Shown here: in pieces, positions 1 through 10,899 of the stretch | Numbering within the stretch: position 1 is the first letter of the stretch | Layout of the letters: each line of letters opens with the position of its first letter | Assembly: GCA_951406725.2 (NCBI GenBank) | Contig: OX597814.1 | Span: forward strand, 164,238,001-164,302,000 | Reading direction: 5' to 3' | DNA from: Octopus vulgaris | Lineage: Eukaryota | Length of the DNA: 64,000 bases | Position numbers and translations under genes: made by a program | The notes under the pieces: generated by a model | What the model was told of the DNA's origin: nothing | Databases searched by the model: none | The model's input: the letters and a program-made list of their open reading frames with translations, nothing else

Positions 1-44
1 AGATAGGGACAAAACAGAAAAGGTTAAAAATACAGGAATTTCAA

Positions 45-195
45 ACCATCATCATTTACTGTCCATGTTTCACACAGCCATGTGTTGAATGATTTGACAG
101 GACCAAACAAGCCCAAATGCTGCATTGTGCTCCAGTGTCTGCTTAGAATGGTTTCTACAGCTAGATGCCCTTCTTAATGCCAACCACTTTACATT
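45..195 (-). mobile_element. 3' tail of an RTE LINE or RTE-dependent SINE
   Basis: Reverse complement resembles the RTE 3' end at 3590-3748 (ttggcattaagaagggcatctagctgtagaaacc...atgatgatg). Confidence 0.55.
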
Positions 196-1004
196 GTGTA
201 CTGTGCTGATTTTTTTTCTGTAGCACCAGCATTAGTGAGATTCCCATACAGCTTGCAAGACTAAGAACTCTGGAGTAGTCAGCTTTATGCAAGGAGATAA
301 GGGGTCAAAGCATGAGAGAAGAGACCAGAGCAGAAAGGGTTTATTGCTGTGGAGGAGCTACATCATTAGTCACATTTTAGAAGAGAGGGTGGAATTGATC
401 AGGGTGGAACTGGAAAGGAAAAAAATGAGTGGTAATGAGATGTCAGGATAAACCCTCAAAGTATGAGGTGAGTAGAAATGAGTGGGGACAGAAGTGTGGG
501 TGGCGAGTGCACAGGTTATATGTTGGCTGAATGATAATTAGGGAGGTAGGTGACAACTGAAGTTGGTACCACAAAGCTTTTGTTCTAATGATTTACTACC
601 TTAGTTATATGCATTCAGTATTTATTATTGGTTAGAAACCATGTTTGTCTATAAACATATGTGCTGCTGTAAAATTAAAATGACAATGGTAATCAATAAT
701 AAAGCAGAACAGATGTTTATTAGCTTATATTTTCAAACAACTGCTTTCAGTAGAGAGTCATCTGAGAAAATCTATAGCTAAATGTAGCCTAACAACAAAG
801 CATTACCTATTTTTTATATTGTTATTCTTTTGTGTGAAACATCAATGGTCAAAATTCTCAGGTAATGATGATATTTTGTGAACCTAATTTGGAATGCAGT
901 GTTGCATTTAAAATGATATGTTAAGCATAGGGGTCAGTGAAATGGCATTTCATTTTCTGATTTGTGTTGTGTGAATTGAAAAAAAAAAATCAATGACTGT
1001 CATA

Positions 1005-1426
1005 TCAACAAAAATTTATATGCATAAAAGATACAGAAATAAATTTTTTTTATTCTCAAACACGTGATAATAATGCTAATAAAATAGTGTGATCAGGATA
1101 AATTATCTATGCATTGCAGAAAAATACGTTACTGGCCAGCCATGAGACTCAAACTCACATCCCTGTGATAACGCGTCAAGTGCTTTACCATTAAGCTAAA
1201 CTGCCCAGTAATGAATTCTTCTGCAATTTTAGAACTTATAAATTTAGCTTCATAAGACGCTAACGTTAAATTCAACTTATGATAAAAGTAAACAAAGTTT
1301 GTTTTAGAAGTGTTGAGATGTATTAAAAGATACAGAAATAAAAAAAAATTATTTCTGTATTTCTTCTAAAACAAATTTTGTTTGTTTCCGTTCATCGTAA
1401 GTTTTATATGCATAAATTTTTGTTGA
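1005..1426. mobile_element. Fold-back element with terminal inverted repeats enclosing a tRNA-like hairpin
   Basis: TIRs tcaacaaaaatttat at 1005 and ataaatttttgttga ending at 1426. Internal hairpins at 1113-1227 and ~1274-1403. tRNA-like sequence on the minus strand at 1133-1206. Confidence 0.6.
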
Positions 1427-1893
1427 GAGTGCCAAAACTTTCCCAGGTGAAGAGAGCACCCCACAATATAGGTTAGTTGTTAACAACTTCAGGATCAGGG
1501 CTATATGGAATCACCGCTGAGATGCTTGAAATATCTGGTGGAGTAGAATATAGCCTAGTCACCCATATAGTTAATGAGGAAGTCATACCCAACAATTGAT
1601 GTAGCAGCATTATAGTCAATTGCTAAAAAGGCAAAGGTGATGCCTTAGACAGAGATAATTACAGATGTATCAAACTATTTGGATCAGGTGATGAAAGTTA
1701 CAGAGAAGGTCATAACCCAACTAGTTAGGAAGAAAGTTAGTGTAGATGGGATGCAGTTCAGATTTGTGCCAGACAGGAGCACAACTGATGCTATACTCCA
1801 GGTTAGGCAACTGCAGGAGAAATAGCTCTATATTTAAGAGATGAAGAATTATTTACATTTGACGGATATTTGTCCTCATCTTTGTTTGTTGTT

Positions 1894-1936
1894 AACACGT
1901 TTCGGCTGATATACCCTCCAGCCTTCTTCAGGTGTC
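1894..1936 (-). ncRNA. Mirror hammerhead-like motif with a 3-nt deletion near the cleavage site
   Basis: Minus strand reads GACAC-CUGAAGA-A-GGCUG(loop)CAGCC-GAAAC-GUGUU. Confidence 0.55.
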
Positions 1937-2292
1937 TTAGGGAAATTTCGAATTTGGGATCTTATTCCTAAGGTATTTTTTGATATTATTATTATTATTA
2001 TTCAGGTCACTGCCTGGAATCAAACATGGAATCTTGGGGTTAATAACCCGTGTGCTTAACCACTACACCATATGCCCACGAGCTAGAAGAAGGTAGGGAA
2101 GGGCATATGGCGTAGTGGTTAAGAGCACAGGCTTCTAACCCCAAGGTTCCGAGTTTGATTCCAGGCAGTGACCTGAATAATAATAATGATGATGATGATG
2201 GTGGTGATGATGATGATGATGATGATGATGATAATAATAATAATATCGAAAAATACCTTAGGAACGAGAATCCAGGTTTGAAATTTCCCCAA

Positions 2293-2338
2293 GACACCTG
2301 ATGAAGGCTGGAAGGTATATCAGCTGAAACATTGTGTT
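2293..2338 (+). ncRNA. Minimal type I hammerhead-ribozyme-like motif (Penelope-type)
   Basis: GACAC-CUGAUGA-A-GGCUG(loop)CAGCU-GAAA-CA-UU-GUGUU: stem I, core, stem II and a 1-bp stem III. Confidence 0.65.
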
Positions 2339-2805
2339 AACAACAAACAAGATGAGGACAAATATCCATCAAATGTAAATAATGCAGAAGAAATATGTAG
2401 CCAAAAATAAACCCTTGTACCTGGCTTCTGTCGACATGAAAAAAGCCTTTGACAGAGACACTGCTCCCTTATCTGGTGGTGAATGTGGAAGCTAGGGATA
2501 GATGAGTGGTTGGTGAGAGTTGTACAAGCCATGTACAGGGATACTGTCAGTAAGTTAGCAATGAATTTAGTGATGAATTTATAGTATAAGTAGAGGTTCA
2601 TTAAGGATCAGGATCAGTCCTCATCCCCTCTTGTTCATCATAGTTCTCCAGGCAATAACAGAGGAATTTAAGATGAGCTGCCCTTGGGAGGTCCATTATG
2701 CTGATGACCTTGATCTTATCACTACTAGAGCTTGAGAAGAAATTTCAGACAAAAGGAAGCAAGGTCTAGAATCAAAGAGCCTTAGAGTTTATCTAGCAAA
2801 AACCA

Positions 2806-2975
2806 GTTGATATAACCCTTGAGCTCCACTGAATACTTTGCTTGAACAATAATGCAATAAACCTAAAGATAATTTGTTCAAAGCACAAGACAGATATCTG
2901 TATGAGGAAAAGACTTGGGATAAACCACATTGGTATATGTTTCATCAGCACTATAAGTGGCTGGTCAACAAATAA
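2806..2975. mobile_element. Unclassified 170-bp insertion inside the RTE
   Basis: Flanked by atctagcaaaaacca (2791-2805) / atctagtaaaaacca (2976-2990), a 15-bp TSD with one mismatch. Confidence 0.6.
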
Positions 2976-4171
2976 ATCTAGTAAAAACCAAAATCTTAGT
3001 AAGTAGGAGAGCAGACAAATCACAAATCCCTTCAGGGAGACAGCCCTGCTTGATCTGTAGAAAAGGCATAGGTAGAAACTCTGTAAGATGTACCTAGTGT
3101 AAGCTATGGACACGTGAAAGTGCAGCAATATCAGAGAAAGGGTAACAGGGAAAATAGTTTTTGTGTTTGGAAGGTGCACAGGTAACAAAGGGCCTTTCTC
3201 TCAGAGTGAAAAGCAGACTGTATGATGCCTGTGTGTGAACAGCCATGCTATATGGCAATGAAACATGGGCTGTGCCTGCTGAGGACATGCGCAGGCTTGT
3301 AAGAAATGAAGCTAGTATGCTTCACTAGATGTGTAATGTCAGTGTGCATGCATGGCAAAGTGTAAGTGTCTTGAGACAAAAGTTGGGCATAAGTGGCATC
3401 AGATGCGGTGTGCAAGAGTGACAACTGCACTGGTATGGTCATGTGATGCATATAGACAAGGACAGCTGTGTGAAGAAGTGCCATACTCTAATGGTGGAGG
3501 GAACCTGAGGAAGCAGTAGACCCAGGAAGACATGGGATGAGGTGGCATCTGTGCTAGTGGCATGTAAAAAGCACCAACTACAATCTTGGAGTGATTGGCG
3601 TTAGTAAAGGCAACCAGCTGAAGAAACCATGCCAAATCAGGTTGGAACCTGGTGCAGCTCTCCAGCTTACCAGTTTTCAGTCAGCCCGTCCAACCCATGC
3701 CAGCATGGAAAGCAGACATTAAATAATGATGATGATGATGATGATGACAGACATAAATTTTCAATTGAAGTAGCTTTAATCATAAGGTAGAATCTTATAT
3801 CTATGCTTATCATTACAGCTAGCATGAATAAAAGAACATGAAAATCCATCAGGTATGAGTGTTTGCATAGCACATTCTTTAGAATAACAATGTGATACTT
3901 ATTAGTGTTGTCATGATCATGATCATGATGGTCACCATCATTTAACATGCACTTTATCTTACTTGCATGGTTCAGACAGAATTTGTTGAGGCAGATTTTT
4001 CTGTCGCCGGATGCTCTTTCTATCACCAATCTTCACTTGTTTCCAAGTAAAGTAATGTTTCCCCATGGCCAGGCATATTCACAAAAGACCAATAAGAGAG
4101 AATCCCACTTGTATGACAGTGATGTTCATTTCCAAACTATCACATATACACATATATCTATGTGTGAAGAT

Positions 4172-4435
4172 TATGGGCTTCTTTCAGATTCCATCTACCA
4201 AATCCACTCACAAAGCTTTGGCTGGCTCAAGGCTATAGTTGAAAACACTTGGCCAAGGTGTCACACAGTGGGACTGAACTCAAAACCATGTGCTTGGGAA
4301 GCAAACCTCTTAACCACATAGCCATGTGGTTAAGGAGTTCACTCCTTAAACAGATAGCTTTGAGTTCAGTCCCACTGTGTAGCACCTTTGACAAATGTGT
4401 TCCAGTTACAAATGAATCTGGTTGATGGAAACTCC
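4172..4435. mobile_element. Two degraded head-to-head SINE family A 5' fragments
   Basis: Minus copy ~4172-4325 and plus copy ~4324-4435 match the family A head, with many CpG>TpG/CpA changes. Confidence 0.7.
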
Positions 4436-4588
4436 ATGAATCCTGTCTCTCTCTCACACACACACATGTATGCACACGTGTGTGTGCATTTTTACATTGT
4501 GTGTACTTCTCATGAAAAGTACTGAGCTGTATGTAATGAAATTTGCTGGTATTTCCCTGTCAACAAATCATCCACTGCCTTTATACTT

Positions 4589-4812
4589 TTAACCCTTTAG
4601 CATTCAGATTATTCTATCAAATGTAATGCTTATTTATCCACATTGATTTGAATTAGTCATGCATTACCTTGTAGCTTTGAGGTTTCAATGATGTTATTGT
4701 TTATTTTTAGAAAAAACATTGTAGGGTAGGTGTGAGAGGCTGGATCTGACCAGAAGATAAAACAGGTAGATTATTTTGGTCAGATATGACTGGTTTAAAT
4801 GCTAAGGATTAA
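4589..4812. mobile_element. piggyBac-type MITE
   Basis: TTAA-CCCTTTAGCATT at the left and AATGCTAAGGA-TTAA at the right. Confidence 0.6.
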
Positions 4813-7341
4813 AGACAAGTAGAATACGATACCCTGTACTTGAAAAACAGGTAAAGGTCAGCAACAGGAAGGACACATGGTTATAAAACATTACCTCAAT
4901 AATATATATTTGCTTAATTTATGCTAGGAAAAATAGACATAAAAATGAATGAAAGAGAGACAGGGCAGGAAAGGTTAGAAGAAGTCATAGGATGTAAAGG
5001 ATATTCCAGGTATGTTGTGCAAGGAGAGAAGCTGAAAGTAAGAGATTTACCAATAATCAGCATTGAGAAGATCAAATGTGCAAACTGTACAAATCATGAT
5101 TTCATTGGGAAAAAGTATGTATGTGGAATGATAGTAGTACACTTACTTTCACTGACATCAAGAACAAAGAAACATGAAAATATTTCTATGGGTAGTTGCT
5201 GAATGGGAAAAATGAGTGGGATAGACACAGAGCATGGGAACAGATCAAGTAGATAGATCTTGTCTGCCATGAAGAATGACCTATTATTGTTGCTTGGCAA
5301 GAAAGTGAAGACAATTTTTCTCTGTCTTATAGCAAAATAACTGTTGGTTAAGCCTAGGTCAATACTGAAGAAAAATCACCATGATCTAAGGCATTCCAAT
5401 CATGACCATCCACTTGTTTTTTTTTTCCAAGACAATATTCTCATTTTTTTTAAGGTGGTTCATCAGGAAACCACAGTATCTCATTGGCTGTTGTTGTTGT
5501 TGTTTGGGTTCAGGTTAGCCATGAACAGACCTATGATCAAAAGCATTCAAGCTCTGACCATCCTGTCAGGCTTCCACACATATCCTGTTATTCAAATTTC
5601 AGACACAAGGCTTTAAATGACTTGAAGTTATGATAGATATTTACTCCAGGGAGTGAGATGATTGACTGGGTGTAGCTGTTTAGACACTGAGGATCTAGCA
5701 CAACTGACTGGACGTTCAACCTGTTTTAGTGGCAAGTGCTTTTTGGCAATAGAGGCAAAAAAGCCTCACACACACACACACTATCTCTCTCTCTCTCATG
5801 CACGCACAGAAATATACATACAGATAGAAGAGAGAGAGAAGGAGAGGGACATTACATATGCATACAAACATCATTAGAAATGGTAAAGATAATGATAGAC
5901 AAATTATCAGTCGCAATGTTGAGAATTCAAATGCTGCTGAGTTGAACTTTGTTAATCATCTTTTCAAGGTCAATAAAGTAAGTATTAATAATGAGTGCAT
6001 TCAGTATCACATTATTCAGTACAACCAAACCCAATGAAAAACTTAGATGAAATATATTCAAGTGCCCCGACGGCAGAAATGCTATGGGTATGACTTGATT
6101 GTAGATGTAGTAGTTATATATACACAAGGTTTAAACCCAGGCGAGCGATGATCAAGCAAATCTATGATGAGATACATTACAGTTGTGAATATCCCACCTC
6201 CTTGTTTGAACAGGGAACCGAGTACGACCACCATGTACTTTTTCTAAGCCAGTAAAGGGTGATTTTCTGGAATTTGGTTGCTATTCTTAGCAGATCAATC
6301 AACCACGGAGAGACTTCTTTGTTGAATCCTCCAGGTACACAACAGAGCATTGGTTACATACAACGATTACTTAGCTGACTGGATATCTGTTGAATGTTTG
6401 TGTTATACAACGACAATCGATATTTCTGTTTTTACACGCTTACACAAATAAAGAAAGTCAATAATTGGGTTTTATGACATGTGCGCTGAGGTCAAAAACC
6501 TTGAGAAGTCTCAATGTACATTGTGTCTTCTTTTATAATTCATTTCACAGCTAAGATTTTTAAGGGATAACTTTGGGAAATTTTCTTTTAATCGTAAGTC
6601 TTTGACAGAGGACAACTTTGTTCGTGTTTCGAGGGACGATGTACGGCTACTTATCAAATACGCTATTTAGCCCCAAGGCAGCTCCGATTAAAAGTATTCA
6701 AGACATAACAATCCCGTCTATTTTGAGGATTTATATATCTAGGATTACACCTTTCAAGGTGTCCTTCCATTTTTAAGAGAGCAGAAAGTGATATTGCTTC
6801 TATTTCTAGCAGGCAATTATTGAATAAGCACATCGACTATTTGCACACACACGTTAAAGAGAAACAACAGAAATGAAAATAAAAATACCAAGCATCGTAT
6901 AAACGAGGATCATTTGAAAGAACAATATAAAGCATTATTAATCAAGTCTAACACAAATTATTTAACAATAATAAAGTGAATCATCAATTTCCCAAGTTGT
7001 ACGATCCAGGAAAATCAATGTTTTTAATAACTAAAGTACTTTAGGAAAAATATATATCCTGTATATTTTGGACAAAAGATATTCTATATCTGTTAATTAT
7101 TTAATATACAAATTAAAAAGAAACTTTCATCACTTATTTAGTTAGGGTTGCATCTTCGATCGATAAAAAAAAATGATACCACGTTAATTGAAGTCCTATA
7201 CACGAAAAGTCATAGTTTTAATTAACAAGTAGTTAAAATAAACAATCCAGTAGTAGACTGTAAATGTACTAATTAAATGTTAATGTTTACGGGAAGAGGA
7301 TAGCAATCAAATACGAAAAGAGAAAAATAAAACAAAAAATA

Positions 7342-7580
7342 CATTACCCATCTACTGTTTCGACAATACGGTGAATGGCAATGAAAATTAGAAATATTTG
7401 ATACATATCTTGTGGACGTCATGGATATTTACAATGTTTACACGAATAAAAACACAGAGACTACTTGACAGGAAAACCAACACATGACAATAGACTGTGC
7501 GTGCGCGAGCGCTTCAGGGTATTTATACCCGAGTTATTGGCTCGTTGGCAACATCGTTCACGTGATATAAACTCAAGAGT
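7342..7580 (-). promoter_or_regulatory. Candidate promoter and first exon of a leftward gene
   Basis: CpG-rich patch tgcgtgcgcgagcgc with ATTGG and CACGTG at ~7495-7565. The minus strand reads ATG G|GTAATG at 7351-7342. Sequence to the left (1-~6000) looks CpG-depleted. Confidence 0.35.
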
Positions 7581-7649
7581 TATTTCCCCTTCTCAAAGGT
7601 TCTTCCCATTTTTTAACACGGAAGATGAACGTCTTCTATCTTGCTATAT

Positions 7650-8062
7650 GCGGCGAGCTGGCAGAAACGTTAGCACGCCGGTCGAAATGCTTAGCGGTAT
7701 TTCGTCTGTCTTTACGCTCTGTGTTCAAATTCCGCCGAGGTCGACTTTGCTTTTCATCCTTTCGGGGTCGATAAATTAAGTACCAGTTACGCACTGGGGT
7801 CGATGTAATCGACTTAATACCTATGTCTGTCCTTGTTTGTCCCCTCTGTGTTTAGCCCCTTGTGGGTAATAAAGAAATAAGTATTTCGTCTGTCGTTACG
7901 TTCTGAGTTCAAATTCCGCCGGGGTCAACTTTGCCTTTCATCCTCTCGGGGTTGATAAATAAAGTACCAGTTTTGCACTGGATCGATATAATCGACTTAA
8001 TCCCTTTGTCTGTCCTTGTTTGCCCCCCCTATGTTTAGCCCCTTGTGGGTAGTAAAGAAATA
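7650..8062 (+). mobile_element. SINE family B: full copy plus a tandem headless copy
   Basis: gcggcgagctggcagaaacgttagc...gttcaaattcc...taaagaaata (7650-7879), followed directly by a second unit starting at agtatttcgtc. Confidence 0.9.
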
Positions 8063-8319
8063 TATATGCCCTTCTCTGCATCAAAAAAGAATTCGTTGAC
8101 TTGAACACGAGTAACATGTGCAATTGACATATCACTTGACGCCGTGAAAATTGTTATAAATTTCAATTCACCACATCAGGTTTACATAAATTCCTTAACT
8201 TTTGGATCATACTACTCGACACTCCATGGGGGATAATCTGAAATGATCTGGCTTAGACATGTCAGCGTATCCTGTTCCCACTTATCACGCAAATGCGGCT
8301 GATCAACAACTTTCTTTAT

Positions 8320-8690
8320 AAAGCTTACTTCTCAATCACGTCGTCTCGGGTTCAATCCCGCTGCATAGCACACTGGGCAAGTATCCTCTGCTATTGACAC
8401 CAGGCTGACTATAGTCTTTTGAGTAGATTTAGTGGACGGAAACTGAAAGAAGCCGGTCCTATATATGTATACACCTATGTGTGTGTATTTGTGTTCGTTC
8501 ATCCACCACCGCATGATAACCAGTACTGGTTTGTTTATGTCCTTGTAACTGAGCGGTTCGACGAGAGAACCAGAAAGAATAAGCACCAGACTTTAAAAAT
8601 AAGTACTGGGATCGATTTGTTAAACTAAAGCCTTCAAAACTGTGCTCCAGTATGGCCGCATTCCAATGATTGAAACAAGTAAAAGCTTAA
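8320..8690 (+). mobile_element. SINE family A (diverged)
   Basis: gggttcaatccc B-box, ctgggcaagt, ggaaactgaaagaagcc and the gaaacaagtaaaag tail. Confidence 0.85.
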
Positions 8691-8787
8691 AGGTAAACTA
8701 TACCATCGCGAGAGAGGTCAACAAACTACTTTTCTTTTTAAACCTAAAGATTTTTTAATTTTAAACCAAAACTAGTACATCATTATA

Positions 8788-8969
8788 GGTGGAGGCGCGG
8801 CTGTGTGGTAACAAGCTTGCTTCCCAACCACATAGTTTCAGGTTCAGTTCACTGCGTAGCACTTTGGGTAAGTGTTTTCTATTATAGCCCCGTGCCAACC
8901 AAAGCCTTGTGGATCGATTTGGTAGACGGAAACTGAAAGAAGCACGTCGTATAAATGTATATATCTCTA

Positions 8970-9004
<35 letters not shown>

Positions 9005-9212
9005 ATCTTTGTGTTTATCCTCCCATCACAGCTTGACAACCGGTACTGGTGTGTTAACGTCCCCGTAACTTAGCGGTTAGGCAAAAGAGACTGATAGAAT
9101 AAGTACTAGGCTTTAAAAGATAAGTCCTGGGGTCGATACATTTGACTAAAAGTCCTTCAAGGCGGAGCCCCAGCATGACCGCAGTCTGATAACCGAAACA
9201 AAGAAAAGATAT
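8788..9212 (+). mobile_element. SINE family A (tRNA head, CORE-like block, internal TA/TG microsatellite)
   Basis: ggctgtgtggtaa A-box, ggttcagttc B-box, family A body and tail. Confidence 0.9.
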
Positions 9213-9477
9213 AAAACATCTACCTTTTTTCTCATTAGCACTTCTTGCCAATGATTCACTTGCCTTTACATGTACGTAACGATTAACTACAAGGTATCCT
9301 TAAAAGAATAGTGCAACATTAATGTAGAGTGCTTTTTGGGACATTTTTTATACTAAAATCTCATCTGCACTGTGAAAGTTTAAATCATTCAACTCTACCA
9401 ATTGTTAAATCAGGATACATTTGTCTTACGTTTAATCTGAAACAGCAAATAAAAAAAATAATTAATAAATCTTTTAT

Positions 9478-9824
9478 TTTTTTACCCGTTTCAGTCACTG
9501 GACTGCAGCTATACTGCGCACCCGTATTTGAAGGATTTAGTCAATCAAACCGATCCCAGTACTTATTTTAAGCCTGGTACTTATTACATTATCTTTTAGG
9601 TCGAACCGCTAGGTTACGGAGGCACAAACAAACCAACAGTTGCCAAGTACGCACGTACACACACAACGAGTTTGTTTCAGTTTCCGTCTGCCAAATACAC
9701 ACACAAGACTTAGGTCGGTCCAAGGCAATAGTAGAAGACACTTAGACAAGGTGCAGTGCTACTGAACTCAAGACAACATGGATGGGAAGCAAGCTTTTCA
9801 ACCACACAGCTCTTCCCTTCGCCT
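9478..9824 (-). mobile_element. SINE family A (diverged)
   Basis: Reverse complement of family A, ending accacacagc. Confidence 0.8.
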
Positions 9825-9913
9825 ATAAACAAATAAATTGTTTCAACATTTTTGGCACAAGGCCAGCAGTTTTAGAGGAAAAGGGTTAGTCGGTTGCTTT
9901 GATCCTAATACTT

Positions 9914-10299
9914 GAGTGGCTGTGTGGTAAGTAGCTTGCTTACCAACTACATGGTTCCGAGTTCAGTCCCATTGCGTGACACCTTGGGCAAGTGTCTTCT
10001 ACTATAGCCTCGGGGCGACCAAGTGGATTTGGTAGACGGAAACTGAAAGAAGCCCGTCGTATATATGTATGTATGTGTGCATGTATATATGTTTGTATTT
10101 GTCTTCACTTCCAGCTTCGCTTGACAACCGATTCTGGTGTGCTTACGTCTCCGTAACTTAGCGGTTCGGCAAAAGAGTCCGATAGAATAAGTACTAGGCT
10201 TACAAAGAATAAGTCCTGGGGTCGATTTGCTCGACTAAAGGCGGTGCTCCAGCATGGACGCAGTCAAATGACTGAAACAAGTTAAAGAGTAAAAAGAGA
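9914..10299 (+). mobile_element. SINE family A
   Basis: gagtggctgtgtggtaagtagcttgc...gactgaaacaagttaaagag. Confidence 0.9.
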
Positions 10300-10899
10300 C
10301 CCCGAAAGGGTGAGAGGCAAAGTTGATACTGGCAGTACTGGAACTCAAGACTTCTGGGAAAAAGGCTGCTAAGCATTTCTGTCCGACGCGCAAACGACTG
10401 GGCGAGCCCACCGCCTAAATTGAATGAATAAATAAACAAAAGCACGGCGACGTATTTCTCTTTCGCATGCCCACTTTCGATAATTATCTTATACTATTCA
10501 GAAACACAATGGTTCACTAAGAAAAGTATTATGAATATGTTAGAGTGGCTTTAAAAGCCATTATTTCTCTTTTAATTTACTTACGATTAAAAAAGGAGCC
10601 CTTTCTTCCATAATATGTAGGTGAGAATTGTAGTTTCATTGAATGCAGTCTTATCAACCTCGGAGAATTTTGTTTTTCTCTTCTGCTTGAATAGACACTT
10701 AAAATTTAAGATAAGGAAGGATAATTGCAGTTCTGATGACACCTATTGAATTTGAGACACGTTTATGTATGTATTGTTTCTCAACTACATGGTTCCGGGT
10801 TCGGTCCCACTGCGTGGCACTCTGGGCAGGTGTCTCAACCAAATCCACTCACAAGGTTTTGGTTGGCTCGAGGGTGTGAGTCGATAACATTGATGCCTA

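Larger units (their letters stand above)
1825..2382. mobile_element. Palindromic insertion: two head-to-head units, each tRNA-like head + (ATT/ATG)n + hammerhead-like motif
   Basis: ~1848-2077 is the reverse complement of ~2101-2382. TSD tgcaggagaaata (1812-1824) / tgcagaagaaata (2383-2395). The insertion splits the RTE RT reading frame at LQEK|Y. Confidence 0.85.
1490..3748 (+). mobile_element. 5'-truncated, degraded RTE-clade LINE (reverse transcriptase pseudogene), interrupted twice
   Basis: Translates with stops and frameshifts to GITAEML...KGKGDALDRDNYRCIKL...MQFRFVPDRSTTDAI.QVRQLQEK|YVAKNKPLYLASVDMKKAFDR...YADDL...AMLYGNETW. Ends in a (GAT)n tail at ~3725-3748. Confidence 0.9.

Noticed and set aside
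2101-2175. Functional tRNA genes here and at 1133, 18665, 22245 and 38068
   Set aside because: Stems are imperfect and each sequence is embedded in a repeat, so they are treated as tRNA-derived heads or pseudogenes.
5094-5340. Minus-strand exon with a GTAAGT donor at 5146
   Set aside because: Weak acceptor and no recognisable protein; unsupported without transcripts.
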